Numbered from the stretch's first letter, positions 28,847 to 38,750 are shown. The stretch: 64,000 bases of DNA from an uncultured Gemmatimonadales bacterium (GCA_963739455.1 CAVUAK010000001.1:512001-576000), one strand, 5' to 3'. A program made the numbers and translations. The notes: generated by a model not told the origin, from the sequence alone.

Positions 28847-30487
28847 TCAGCGAGGATAGGGATAGCCCTTCAGGAGCAGGCGGTTGAGCGTGCGATCATG
28901 GCCATAAATGTCACCGTAGAAGAATACCTCGCCGCTCTCCCGCGCAACCGCGGTCCCGTAGACGATGAGCACCGGGATCGGCCTCGAAAGCGTGACGTTC
29001 TGCGGTGCTGTACCCCGCATCGCCGCATCGATCCGCTCCGCCGTCCAGGCCGGCTGGTCACGCAGCACGAACCGGGCAAGCGCAGCCGGGTCGGACAGGC
29101 GGACACACCCATGGGAATTGTCCCGCCGGGGATTGTCGAAGAGGTTCCTGGCTGGCGTGTCGTGCAGGTAGATGGACTGCGCATTGGGAAGCATGAACTT
29201 GACGCGACCGAGGGAGTTCCACGGCCCTGGTGTCTGGCGGGCCCGCACCGCACCCCCGATGGCGGCGATGTTCTCCGGTGTGGGCGGCACCACCTTGCCA
29301 CCGCGCAGCAGCTCCATGTGGTTCTTCGCCAGCCAGCCGGGGTTGGCCAGTGACTTGGGACGAACGTCCTTCCGCATGATCGACGCCGGCACCTCCCAGT
29401 AAGGGCTGAATACCAGGTAGGTCATGTCCGCCGCGAACACTGGTGTCTCGGTCTTGAAGGCCTGCCCGACCACGACGTTCATGCTGAGGAGGCTGGCCTC
29501 GTCGTCGCTCATGGTGCTGAAGGCGTGCAGGCGGAACGCCGGCACGTTGACGATGATCGGGGGCGCGGTGAACTGGCGGGGCATCCAGCGCCACCGCTCG
29601 AGGGTGAGCTCGATCTGGCGAATACGCTGCCCGAACGAGCGGCCCAGGCGCGCGGCCGTGGAGTCGCCGATGATCCCGTCCACCGCAAAGCCCTGGCGCG
29701 CCTGGAACCGGCGGACACCCTGCACGAGGTCATCGGCATAGAGGCTGTCCGCCCGCACCACCGGTGCCACGGAATCCACGATGTCACCCAGCGCCGTGAG
29801 CAAGCGCCGCAATTGCATCGCGCCGGCATAGGGTTCACCCGGCTTGAGCGGGCGCGGCAGCGGCGGCAGTGGAAGCAACCCGGAGTCGCGGGCAAGTACC
29901 CGATAGTCGGCCAGCGCGCGCTTGAGCAGCAGGTAGTGGCGAAAGTGTGGCTCGATCGCCGTGAGGATGCTGTCCGGCTCCAGGGAGCCGGCCAGTGAGG
30001 CCACGGTGCCGACCACGTCCGGTCGCCCGATCGGTACGTGAAAATCGGCGTGCACAACCTGCGGGTTGATCCGCCCCACGGCCAATGCTGAAACGAATCG
30101 AAGCGCATCCGCGGTCAGCATCGCGTCGAACGCGGCCAGTTCCGTAACCGGCGACGAAGGACCCAGCCTTGAGGCGAGCGAATCGAGCACGGCCGCGTCG
30201 TAGTCGCCGGGGTCGAGTCCGCGCGTCTCGGCCCGGCCCAGCACCGCTATGAGCGCCCGGGCCGCCGGGGTCGGTTCGGCGTCACGTACCCAGAGGGGTC
30301 GAGGGCTCGCGGTCGCATACAGGCTCTCGGCACCGGCGCGCACATCGGTGAGACGCGGCCATCGCATGCCGGGGTTCTGTCCGGCGGCGGCAATGCGACG
30401 CGCCCCCGCCGCGATGGCAGAGTCGGGTGGAGCACGTAAAATCGAATGGGGAGCCGCCAGGAAGGCGGCGAGCAGTAGGGGTAGCAC
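28847..30487 (-). CDS. YcbB/LdtD-like L,D-transpeptidase (tandem paralogue)
   Basis: VNVPAF, VKFMLPN, YLHDTP, SHGCVR, RRFQARQG..DG PG-binding motif. Confidence 0.9.
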   Translation of the reverse strand: MLPLLLAAFLAAPHSILRAPPDSAIAAGARRIAAAGQNPGMRWPRLTDVRAGAESLYATASPRPLWVRDAEPTPAARALIAVLGRAETRGLDPGDYDAAVLDSLASRLGPSSPVTELAAFDAMLTADALRFVSALAVGRINPQVVHADFHVPIGRPDVVGTVASLAGSLEPDSILTAIEPHFRHYLLLKRALADYRVLARDSGLLPLPPLPRPLKPGEPYAGAMQLRRLLTALGDIVDSVAPVVRADSLYADDLVQGVRRFQARQGFAVDGIIGDSTAARLGRSFGQRIRQIELTLERWRWMPRQFTAPPIIVNVPAFRLHAFSTMSDDEASLLSMNVVVGQAFKTETPVFAADMTYLVFSPYWEVPASIMRKDVRPKSLANPGWLAKNHMELLRGGKVVPPTPENIAAIGGAVRARQTPGPWNSLGRVKFMLPNAQSIYLHDTPARNLFDNPRRDNSHGCVRLSDPAALARFVLRDQPAWTAERIDAAMRGTAPQNVTLSRPIPVLIVYGTAVARESGEVFFYGDIYGHDRTLNRLLLKGYPYPR

Positions 30488-32118
30488 TACTTGATAAGCA
30501 CCTTGCCCAGGCCCTCCCTCAAGGCAAACCAGAGCACCTGCGGCAAGGATGCCGTCGGCGCGTACGGCCGGTTGACGCGTCCCACCTTTGGCACCTCACC
30601 GGGCTTGCCCGGGTTGTCACCGCGGATCTTGAAGCTGTTAGCCAGGAACGAGGCCACGGAAAGCCCCGCCTTCTTGAGGAAGTTCCCCTTCTTGTCCTCG
30701 AGCGCCACCTTGAAGTCGCTGTACACTGGCACAACCTGGCCGGTGGAGCGGCCGTTCCGCACGACGACCGAAAAGCGAACCGACTGCATCGCGCCGCTGG
30801 TGACGCGCAGGGGCATCACCTGCTCGGCGTAGGCATTGAACGCCAGCATGCTGATCGGCCCCAGCGAGCCGGAATACTTCATGTCGAACTGCGGCGCCGT
30901 GAGCGGGATCTCGATATCAGTGTCGAGCTTGCCCTGTCCGAGCAGCAGCGCGGATGCCCGCACCACCATGGGCGGTATCGGCGATCCTGCGCGAGCCACG
31001 CTGCGCACGTCGACTATCTCCGCCTGGACCTGCTCCCACGTCATCGATCCAACCTTGGTGCGACCCACGGCATGCTCCGTGTAGGCAATCTTTCCGCCTG
31101 CAATGACGATGGTGTCCAGCGCCAGCGGCCGATCGAGTGCCGCAACCCATTGCTGTGGTGTCATGCGCTTCTTCGGAGGGCCGGCGGGAAGCCGCTTGTC
31201 CGAGAGTACATCGAGGCGGAACCCGTGGAGCCGCGCGTGACGCACCACGATCGCGCCCTCGGCGCTGGCGAGGCGGCGGTAGTCTACCCCCCTGAATCGC
31301 GCGCTGTCGAGGTGGAACCGGATCAGGTCGGACCGCTGCTTCTGCGCCTTGACCCAGTCGGCATCGGACAGCGGCGGCCCCAGCACGACTGCATCCAGCG
31401 CCAGCGTCGAGTCGGTGAGGTTCCCGCGCAGGCGGCCCAGCACGACCGCCTGCTTCTCCCCACCCAGCGTCAGGAGGTCGGCGGTGACCAGCGCCTGCTC
31501 GCTGAACAGCGCCTTTCGCTCCGCGCGGCGAAGACCGGGGTCGATCCGCGTTTCGCGCAACTGGATATTGAGCCGCTTCAGGGTGACGTGTGTCGTGGCT
31601 CCGCCACGCGCCCGACGCGTGTAATCGAGTGACAGGCGCGGCAATTCCGTGCTATGCACCACGATGACAGGCAACAGCGCGGGAAGCTCGATGGTGTCCC
31701 CGGACAGCGGTAAGGCGGCCGGCGCCTTCGCTGCCGCCGGTTGTGCCGAGACCGTGTCACGAACCGTCTCCAGCACTGCTGCGTCAATCGCATCGCACCG
31801 GAAGAGCCGCGCGTTAATACCGCGCGCCACCAGCAATTGCCATGTGTTGATGCCGAGTACCCGGCAGCCGCTGGCACTCGCGGTGATGACCGGCAGGGGA
31901 TCCGCCCGGAAATCGTTGCGAGCGGTGTCCGTGACCAGTTTCATGGAGTCGATGACGATCCGGCCACCAAGCAGGCTGAGCTGGGCACGGCCCACCGAGA
32001 GCTGGTAGACGCTGTCAGATGCTTCCGCCACCTGCGCGATGGCCCAGTCGCGCAGCGTCGCGCCCAGCAGCGTACTGCGACGCTGGAGCGCGAAGAGCAG
32101 CAGCACCGCCAGCGGCAC
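30487..32118 (-). CDS. AsmA/DUF748-like beta-rich envelope protein
   Basis: N-terminal TM followed by repeated beta-rich segments and an amphipathic C-terminal helix; frame stays open upstream so the true start is uncertain. Confidence 0.55.
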   Translation of the reverse strand: MPLAVLLLFALQRRSTLLGATLRDWAIAQVAEASDSVYQLSVGRAQLSLLGGRIVIDSMKLVTDTARNDFRADPLPVITASASGCRVLGINTWQLLVARGINARLFRCDAIDAAVLETVRDTVSAQPAAAKAPAALPLSGDTIELPALLPVIVVHSTELPRLSLDYTRRARGGATTHVTLKRLNIQLRETRIDPGLRRAERKALFSEQALVTADLLTLGGEKQAVVLGRLRGNLTDSTLALDAVVLGPPLSDADWVKAQKQRSDLIRFHLDSARFRGVDYRRLASAEGAIVVRHARLHGFRLDVLSDKRLPAGPPKKRMTPQQWVAALDRPLALDTIVIAGGKIAYTEHAVGRTKVGSMTWEQVQAEIVDVRSVARAGSPIPPMVVRASALLLGQGKLDTDIEIPLTAPQFDMKYSGSLGPISMLAFNAYAEQVMPLRVTSGAMQSVRFSVVVRNGRSTGQVVPVYSDFKVALEDKKGNFLKKAGLSVASFLANSFKIRGDNPGKPGEVPKVGRVNRPYAPTASLPQVLWFALREGLGKVLIK

Positions 32119-32228
32119 CAGGGCGAGAAGCGCCCAGGTCGAAGGTCGCTTCCAGCGGGGCGGCGTGGCGGGCGTCGTGGAATCAGGGCTAATTGCAGTC
32201 TCGCTGGAAATACATCCGAGGATGGACC

Positions 32229-32714
32229 ATGAACAGGATTCTACCCTGCCTGCTGCTCGCCGTTACGGCAGCGAGGCTCGACGCCCAGTTGGTGTCACGC
32301 GAGCGGCTCTCGAGAATGGACCAGGGCATCACCGCGGCGGCGCTCGTTGCCGAGCCGTGGCTCGCCCTCATGGACGCGGGGCGGGTCGACGAAGCCTGGG
32401 CCCAGGTGTCGGTCGTACTGCGACGGGACTCATCGACTGCCTGGCTGGCGAAGCTTCGCCCGCAGGGTGGCATTCCCTACACCGTCGTGGGCCGGGAGGT
32501 GCTCACCCTGCAGCAGTCGTTCGTGCGGCCGCCATTCGCCTTCCCGGAGTACGTCAGGTTCGAGTTTGCGGTACGGTACAACAACGAGACGCTGGGCGGC
32601 GAGGAACTTACCGTGGTGCGGGATACCGATGGGATATGGCGCGTGGCCGCCTATGCACGGCGGCCCGGCCCGCTGCAGAACATTCCCGGAAACCCTCCGG
32701 GCACAAACTATTAG
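32229..32714 (+). CDS. DUF4019-like exported protein
   Basis: Signal peptide; WLALMDAG..EAW, EYV..F, E.LT..DGIWRVAAY pattern. Confidence 0.7.
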   Translation: MNRILPCLLLAVTAARLDAQLVSRERLSRMDQGITAAALVAEPWLALMDAGRVDEAWAQVSVVLRRDSSTAWLAKLRPQGGIPYTVVGREVLTLQQSFVRPPFAFPEYVRFEFAVRYNNETLGGEELTVVRDTDGIWRVAAYARRPGPLQNIPGNPPGTNY

Positions 32715-32734
32715 GGCGGACCTGTAGTCCGCCC
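32714..32734. terminator. Hairpin between convergent genes
   Basis: GGGCGGAC-ctgta-GTCCGCCC, 8-bp stem. Confidence 0.5.
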
Positions 32735-32754
32735 CAGCCCTTCCCGCGCGGCCG

Positions 32755-33432
32755 TTACCTGGTCGCGGCCGAATCCACCTTTACGACCAGCCCGTTCCTG
32801 TCCGCCCTCACCCGCACCACCTTGCCTTTGCCGTCGTTGACGTGAATGAACGCGCCATTGCTGTCGGCGCTGATGTTGACGAGCTCGCCACTGTCGCCCT
32901 CCGCATTCACGTGCACGCCCTGATGTGATGAATCGATGCTGAGTTCGCCCCGCTGGCGCAGCTGGGCAAGGGCTGCCTTGTCGGCTCGCACGGGACGGAC
33001 CACGCCCACGGGTTCGAAGCGCACCTCGCCGAGCGAATGCAGGCCGTGGTCGGATGGCGTCGCGCAGCGGAAGCCCTGTCTCACCTCGAACTTGTCCGGG
33101 CTCACCGGGACAAGGTCGCACGAGGAGAGCATCGCCGGGTCGAGGTGATCGCGGTCGAGCGACACCAGCGCGTGCAATGCGACACCGGTGCCACCCTTGC
33201 CCGCACCCAGCGTGAGGTTCGTCAGCTCGCCGAGCGTCCGGCCATCGAGCACAAAGGGAATGGCCCGGCCCATGTCGCCAGCCAGGACCTGGCCCGAATC
33301 AAGCTCGGACTTGAGCTCCATGAGTGCCTGCCTCGCCCGGGCCTTGGTCCGGCCGGCAGCGGTGTAGAGCAGCATGCCAAGGGCAAAGACAGCAAGCGCG
33401 CCAACGCCAGCGCGAACCCAGATCGAGCGCAT
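32755..33432 (-). CDS. Hypothetical membrane-anchored protein
   Basis: GGAGG RBS, N-terminal TM, two Cys, beta-rich C-terminus. Confidence 0.7.
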   Translation of the reverse strand: MRSIWVRAGVGALAVFALGMLLYTAAGRTKARARQALMELKSELDSGQVLAGDMGRAIPFVLDGRTLGELTNLTLGAGKGGTGVALHALVSLDRDHLDPAMLSSCDLVPVSPDKFEVRQGFRCATPSDHGLHSLGEVRFEPVGVVRPVRADKAALAQLRQRGELSIDSSHQGVHVNAEGDSGELVNISADSNGAFIHVNDGKGKVVRVRADRNGLVVKVDSAATR

Positions 33433-33478
33433 GGGACCCTCCTGCGACGAATACGAGAGCACAGAGAACGGTGCCCCC

Positions 33479-33505
33479 TACGCCAAGCATCCGGACAATG
33501 TTTCA
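33479..33505 (-). promoter_or_regulatory. Candidate ECF promoter (SigW/SigM-like)
   Basis: TGAAAC-N17-CGTA on the minus strand, 46 nt upstream of ATG 33432. Confidence 0.45.
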
Positions 33506-33546
33506 GTTTGTGACGATGGTTTGACGGCTAGTTCCGGAAATCGAAC

Positions 33547-33570
33547 GGGGCGGACCGTGAGGTCCGCCCC
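33547..33570. terminator. GC-rich hairpin downstream of 33597..33839
   Basis: GGGGCGGACC-gtga-GGTCCGCCCC, 10-bp stem. Confidence 0.6.
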
Positions 33571-33596
33571 GTGTCCCTGCCTGGCAACCGAGCCGG

Positions 33597-33839
33597 TCAG
33601 CGCGTCAGGTTGAGCGCCATGCGCGCGGGGCGACGCCCGCGCAGCAGCACCATGCCGATGACGAATACCGCCACGGCGATCACCGCGAGGACCAGCAACC
33701 GCGCCCAACTGCGCCCGATCTCTGGTGGGGGTGTCGCGTCATCGTGGTGTCCCACCTCACCCAGCATCGCGTCGAGTTCTGCGTTCGCCTGGGCGAGGTA
33801 CAGGTCGCGAGTCGCGGTCTCGGATTGTGGCGCGGTCAT
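33597..33839 (-). CDS. Small hypothetical membrane protein
   Basis: 80 aa, single C-terminal TM, followed by a hairpin. Confidence 0.5.
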   Translation of the reverse strand: MTAPQSETATRDLYLAQANAELDAMLGEVGHHDDATPPPEIGRSWARLLVLAVIAVAVFVIGMVLLRGRRPARMALNLTR

Positions 33840-33869
33840 GTCACAGCTCTCCAGGGGCCCGGAACGGGC

Positions 33870-34349
33870 TCAGTCTGCTGAAAGGCCAATGGGGGATCCC
33901 ACCGTGGGATCGGCTTCCCGCTCCCGCTCGGTGGCGCGACCAAGCCAGAGGCAGCCGGCGGCGATGGCGCACCAGGTCAGGACAACCAGGGCGGCCAGCC
34001 CGAAGAACCAGCCCACCGGGCCAAACGGCAACCGATGCCGTCCGCTGGCAAGCCACCAGAACATCATGAGGCTCGACGCGGCGCCCAGCATGAGGCTGCC
34101 GATTCCCGATGTGCGGGCCGCCACGCCGGGAATCGACGGGAGGGGGAGCGGTGCCGACACCGCCTGCCGGGCCCGCCACCATGCCAGCGCGGCGCCCACG
34201 ACGGCGAGCGCGATGGAGCCCAGCTCCCAGCCAATGTTGCGCTCACCCGCGAACAGCCACCGTGTCGGCGGCAGGTGGGTCAGGCCGGTCCACATCAGCA
34301 GGAGGCCCCCAACGACAGCAGTGACGTCGAGATAAAACGCGGTACGCAT
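33870..34349 (-). CDS. Hypothetical integral membrane protein (about four TMs)
   Basis: GGAG RBS and four hydrophobic segments. Confidence 0.6.
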   Translation of the reverse strand: MRTAFYLDVTAVVGGLLLMWTGLTHLPPTRWLFAGERNIGWELGSIALAVVGAALAWWRARQAVSAPLPLPSIPGVAARTSGIGSLMLGAASSLMMFWWLASGRHRLPFGPVGWFFGLAALVVLTWCAIAAGCLWLGRATEREREADPTVGSPIGLSAD

Positions 34350-34434
34350 TCATGCTCCGGAAATCGGGACTTTGCGATGCCTTGATCCTAGCGCGGTGCC
34401 GCTTCCTGCGCGAGGGCGTGCACCGGGATCCTGC

Positions 34435-34470
34435 AAGAAAGAAACCTCGGGGCGCAGGCCCCGAGGCTTC
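34435..34470 (-). terminator. Rho-independent terminator
   Basis: CCTCGGGGC-loop-GCCCCGAGG followed by TTTCTTTC on the minus strand, just after the 34491 stop. Confidence 0.7.
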
Positions 34471-34490
34471 TTGTCCTGACTGCGTGGTGC

Positions 34491-36020
34491 CTACTTGCTG
34501 CGGTAGGTCCCGACGATCTTGCCCTGCTTGTTGATGATCCTGATCGGACCGCGCAGGATGTCGTTGTGCAGCTTGAACGTCTTCGACGGCCCCATCCGGA
34601 GCAACGACATGATGCTATAGGCGTCCGCCTTGCTCAGGTCGACTTCGTAGCCCTCGTCCTGGAGCGACGCGATCGTCACCACGCTGAGCGGGTTCTCGCC
34701 CGGGCTGACATACCCGGTCATCATCTCGTTGTTGAACACCGACTCGCGCCAGTGTGCATCTGCGGTGCCTGGTCCGCCCTGGTTCTCAACCGGCACCTTG
34801 CCACCGACGTAGGTGTCTCCGCCCACCGTTTCGAATGCGGCGAGCGCGTTCGTTCCAGTGAAGTGCGGATCGGTACCGCCCGAGAGAGACGGATCGGCCA
34901 GCAGGCCCCCGTCCCCGAACTGGGACTCGCCCCACAGCGTGCCGATACCCAGCACGTGACCCATCTCATGCGTGATGACCGGAACCAGGACGCCATTTGC
35001 CTCGATGGTCTCGAGGTCCTCCGCGTCCAGCGTCATCTGCCCGATGGCCGGGAGAAGTCCCACCTCGTGCAGGAAGCAGACACCAGCACCACCGAGAATT
35101 CCGCCCGGCCCGTCGATGGGGCTCAGGTCCACGAAGATGATGAGGTCATCGATGGGGCGGTTGATCGCCGGACTCATGCCGCAGCTGTAGGCCGGAAGGT
35201 CCGCGGAGTCGTCGGGCAGGTCGGCCGTAATGATGGACTCCCAGCGCGCCTCTGCCTGGGCGAACGCGTCGGCCTGCGCCGCGGTCGGGCTTCCGTTGAT
35301 GAAGATTACCTCGATATCGAACGGCCCCGGAACGGCCGCCGTCTCATTGAAGGTGACGCTGGCGTCGGTGCCCGGAAGCGTGGCGGTGGCGGTGTACGCC
35401 CCCAGCGCCGAACCCAGGGTCATGGTGGCGGACGCCTGGCCGAACTCGTCGGCCGTGACCAGCGTGGTCGGGGCGATGCTGGCGCCGGGACTCGTGGTGG
35501 CGAACTGGACCTGCGCACCGGCAACGCGGGAGTACAACGCGTCGGTGACGATCACCGTCAGCGGCGTGCTGAGCACCGTGGAGGGCGCGGAGTGCTGATG
35601 GTCGCCCAGGCCGATGGTGAGGTGCACCGGCGTCTGGGTGATGGTAACGGCCATCTCCGACGAGAGCGTGCCGTACGACACCATGACCGTCGCCTCGCCC
35701 GGGCTCATCGCCGTGGCCAGGCCGTCGCCGTTGATCTTCAGGATGGCGGGATCGGACGTGGACCAGTTGAGTTCCGCGTCAGTGGGATCGCCACCGCCAT
35801 CGGTCGCCGTCGCCAGGAAGAGCTGGCTCTGGCCAAGCGACGTGAACGTGAATGCTTCCTGCTGCAGCGCGAGATGGGTCGGGACGCCGGGAACGAAATC
35901 GTCGTCACCACTGCAACCGGCGACGGCCAGGGTTGCGAGAATGAGCCAGGTACCTGCGTGGCGCGCGAGGCGCATCGGGTTTGCCATTGAAATGAGGGAA
36001 GTCATTGGATGCGCGCTCAC
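34491..36020 (-). CDS. Leishmanolysin (M8)-related zinc metallopeptidase lipoprotein with Ig-like domains
   Basis: Lipobox VAGC, Big-like Ig segments, IDGPGGILG, HEMGHVLGIG, AHWRES, EMMTGY Met-turn; alternative start at 35975. Confidence 0.82.
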   Translation of the reverse strand: MSAHPMTSLISMANPMRLARHAGTWLILATLAVAGCSGDDDFVPGVPTHLALQQEAFTFTSLGQSQLFLATATDGGGDPTDAELNWSTSDPAILKINGDGLATAMSPGEATVMVSYGTLSSEMAVTITQTPVHLTIGLGDHQHSAPSTVLSTPLTVIVTDALYSRVAGAQVQFATTSPGASIAPTTLVTADEFGQASATMTLGSALGAYTATATLPGTDASVTFNETAAVPGPFDIEVIFINGSPTAAQADAFAQAEARWESIITADLPDDSADLPAYSCGMSPAINRPIDDLIIFVDLSPIDGPGGILGGAGVCFLHEVGLLPAIGQMTLDAEDLETIEANGVLVPVITHEMGHVLGIGTLWGESQFGDGGLLADPSLSGGTDPHFTGTNALAAFETVGGDTYVGGKVPVENQGGPGTADAHWRESVFNNEMMTGYVSPGENPLSVVTIASLQDEGYEVDLSKADAYSIMSLLRMGPSKTFKLHNDILRGPIRIINKQGKIVGTYRSK

Positions 36021-37159
36021 AGTCCGTACGCCGAGCGCGGGAGATGCACCACGAAGGAGACGATGTTGAAATCAGCCTTGGTCGCCTGGCCGAGGACGAT
36101 CGTGCCGTCGGTCGAGGACGCAATGACGTTGGTCAGCTGCGTGCCCTCGGGGATGGTCAGGCCGGCTGCCGTGATGACGTCCGCCAGCTTCTTCATGCCG
36201 CCGGCCTGCGTCCACACGAATGCGTTGGCATTGCCGAAGAACGGCTGGCCCGACACGCCGAATATGAGCTTGCCGTCATCCGTGATGGCGTTGGCGATGG
36301 CCCCGTGGAAGTCGAACTCGTCGGCGGGAGGAAGCCGCCCGATGCTCACCGCGCCGCCAGCCTGGGTCCAGTAGAAGGCGTTCTCGCCCCAGTAGCCCGC
36401 GAGGAACTTGCCGTCGCCACTGGTGGCCATGACCTCGCCCGGATATTCCGCCGTGAGGCTGGCGGTCGGTTCGATCAGGAAGCCCGTTCCATCCGGATGC
36501 CACACGGCCGGGGATCGGTCGGTCAGGGCGGTGGAAGCCCAGCCGCCAATGATGCTGCCGTCGTCCGAGATGACGGTCGCGCGATTGCTCGGCGGATTGG
36601 TCGTCCAGTCGGGGATGGAACCGAGGCGCTGGAGCAGCGTCATGATGCCCGAGCCGGTCGCGTCCCACTTGAACGCCTGCACACCGCACTCGTCCCACGC
36701 CATGCCCACGACCGTCCGGCCGTTTGCCGTGATATCCCACGCGCTCGCGATGTCGGTACCGCACGGCTGCCGGAAGACGCTGGGAATGTCGGTCCAGCCG
36801 GAGTGCGCGGTCCAGATGCCAGCCGAAACCGGCTCACCATGGAGGGCCGTCACCACCTCGTTGCCCGAGATCGCCGTGACCAGGGTACGCGACGGATCGC
36901 CCACCACGCCCTTGAACTCGAGGCTGCCCGTCCCCGTGCGGTAGAAGTAGAACTCCCCGGCCGCGTTGTACTGCTGGAGCAGTGCGACGCTCCCGTCGGG
37001 GGTCAGGTCCATCGGCTGGAAGACGTTGATGAAGTCGATGCTGGGCTGGACTGTCGCTGTGGTCGGGCCTGAGCCGTTGTCGTCGCTGCAGGCGGCAAGC
37101 GCCCCCGCAACGAACAACGAGGCAAGGACAGGCAACCTACCGGTGAACCGATGACGCAT
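36017..37159 (-). CDS. HAF-repeat-like beta-propeller lipoprotein
   Basis: Lipobox LAAC; repeated A..IS.DG..I.G / AF.W units; GGAG RBS. Confidence 0.75.
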   Translation of the reverse strand: MRHRFTGRLPVLASLFVAGALAACSDDNGSGPTTATVQPSIDFINVFQPMDLTPDGSVALLQQYNAAGEFYFYRTGTGSLEFKGVVGDPSRTLVTAISGNEVVTALHGEPVSAGIWTAHSGWTDIPSVFRQPCGTDIASAWDITANGRTVVGMAWDECGVQAFKWDATGSGIMTLLQRLGSIPDWTTNPPSNRATVISDDGSIIGGWASTALTDRSPAVWHPDGTGFLIEPTASLTAEYPGEVMATSGDGKFLAGYWGENAFYWTQAGGAVSIGRLPPADEFDFHGAIANAITDDGKLIFGVSGQPFFGNANAFVWTQAGGMKKLADVITAAGLTIPEGTQLTNVIASSTDGTIVLGQATKADFNIVSFVVHLPRSAYGL

Positions 37160-37341
37160 TTGATCTCCCATACCAAGGCGGTGAGGTGGCAACCGCCCGG
37201 CACAGGCACACAATAGGCGCTTCCGCTTGGAAGCGGAGTGCGGCATCGTCAAGAGCGTGCTGGATCAGGCGGTTCGAAACGTGGTAGCTCGCGGAGCGCC
37301 ATAGCAGTTTGCTTGCCACTGCACGCCCCCGCGGCGCGCAC

Positions 37342-37370
37342 AGTATGCAACGCGGTACCACGTATGTAAA
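37342..37370 (-). promoter_or_regulatory. Candidate sigma-70 promoter for the HAF/M8 operon
   Basis: TTTACA-N17-CATACT on the minus strand. Confidence 0.5.
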
Positions 37371-37467
37371 TAGGTGGGCCAGCGCGTTTTCCCTGCGGAA
37401 TGTTAGCCTGCACGAAACTGACCCACAGACGTGACGGCGAATGGATCCCAACTGTCACAAAGGATGG

Positions 37468-37502
37468 AAAAACGGGGGGCGACCCTTTCAGGCCGCCCCC
37501 CG
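37468..37502 (-). terminator. Rho-independent terminator after pilC
   Basis: CGGGGGGCGGCC-tgaaag-GGTCGCCCCCCG followed by TTTTT on the minus strand. Confidence 0.8.
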
Positions 37503-37523
37503 GTCTTTCCGTCCTGCGACCGC

Positions 37524-38735
37524 CTACTGGATCGCGTTCATCATGTCGAAGATCGGCAGGTACATGGCGATCACCATGCCGCCGACCACCACGCCGAGCA
37601 CCACGATCATGACCGGCTCCATGAGAGCGAGCAGGGCGCTCACCGCCACGTCCACCTCTTCGTCATAGAAGTCGGCGATCTTGGTCAGCATTTCGTCCAA
37701 GCCGCCCGTCTGCTCGCCGACCGCGATCATCGAGATGACCATTGGCGGGAACACCTTGGACCGGTCGAGTGGCGCGGCGATCGTTTCGCCGCCGGCGATC
37801 GAGGCCCGCGACTCCATGACCGCATCGTGTACCACCCGGTTGCCCGCGGTCTTGGCGGTGATCTCGAGGCCGTCCAGGATGCTGACGCCCGAGGAGATCA
37901 GGGTGCCGAGCGTGCGGGTGAAGCGGGACACCGCCGACTTGCGCACCACGTCGCCCAGCACTGGCGCCTTCAGCATCAGGCTGTCGATGGTCTTCTGGCC
38001 CGCTGTCGTGGCGTAGTAGCGCTTGAGCATGAACCAGGCACCAAAACCAGCCCCGAGGATAAGCCACCAGTAGCTGGTCAGGAACCCGGACATGCCGATG
38101 ACGATACGCGTCGGCAACGGTAGTTCCATGTTCACCGACGCGAACATCTTCGAGAAGGTGGGAATGACGAAGATGAGGAGTACCGTGATTGCGATCGCGG
38201 CCACGCTCATGATCACCACCGGGTACACCATGGCACCCTTCACCTTCCGCACCAGGGCATCGTTCTTTTCCATGAACGTCGCCAGGCGCAGGAGGATCGT
38301 GTCGAGAATGCCGCCGTGTTCACCGGCGGCGATCATGTTGACGTAGAGCTCGGTGAAGGCGTTCGGGTGCTTCCGGAACGCGTCGGCGAGGGTGTTGCCG
38401 GCCTCGACGTCGAACACCACCGACCGGGTGACGTCCTTCAGCGTCTGGTTCTCGGTCTGCTTGCTCAGGATGTCCAGCGACTGCACCAGCGGCAGGCCGG
38501 CGTTGATCATCGTCGCGAACTGTCGCGTGAAGATCACGATGTCACGTGTCTTGACGCTCGCCTTCCCAAAGTTGAAGCTGAGCTTGATCGGCTTCGGCGC
38601 TTCCCGGAGGCTCACCAGCATCATCCGGTTCTTCCGGAGATACGAGGTGACGTCGTCCTTGGAAGGGACGTCGAGCTGTCCCTTCTGGATCTGGCCCGTC
38701 TGCGGGTTGCGTGCGGTATACTCGAAGAGCGGCAT
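37524..38735 (-). CDS. pilC: Type IV pilus inner-membrane platform protein PilC
   Basis: FTRQFATMINAGLPL, AGEHGGILD, AMVYP, VGEQTGGLDEML, MYLPIF. Confidence 0.95.
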   Translation of the reverse strand: MPLFEYTARNPQTGQIQKGQLDVPSKDDVTSYLRKNRMMLVSLREAPKPIKLSFNFGKASVKTRDIVIFTRQFATMINAGLPLVQSLDILSKQTENQTLKDVTRSVVFDVEAGNTLADAFRKHPNAFTELYVNMIAAGEHGGILDTILLRLATFMEKNDALVRKVKGAMVYPVVIMSVAAIAITVLLIFVIPTFSKMFASVNMELPLPTRIVIGMSGFLTSYWWLILGAGFGAWFMLKRYYATTAGQKTIDSLMLKAPVLGDVVRKSAVSRFTRTLGTLISSGVSILDGLEITAKTAGNRVVHDAVMESRASIAGGETIAAPLDRSKVFPPMVISMIAVGEQTGGLDEMLTKIADFYDEEVDVAVSALLALMEPVMIVVLGVVVGGMVIAMYLPIFDMMNAIQ

Positions 38736-38750
38736 CGGTCCTTCTCCCGG

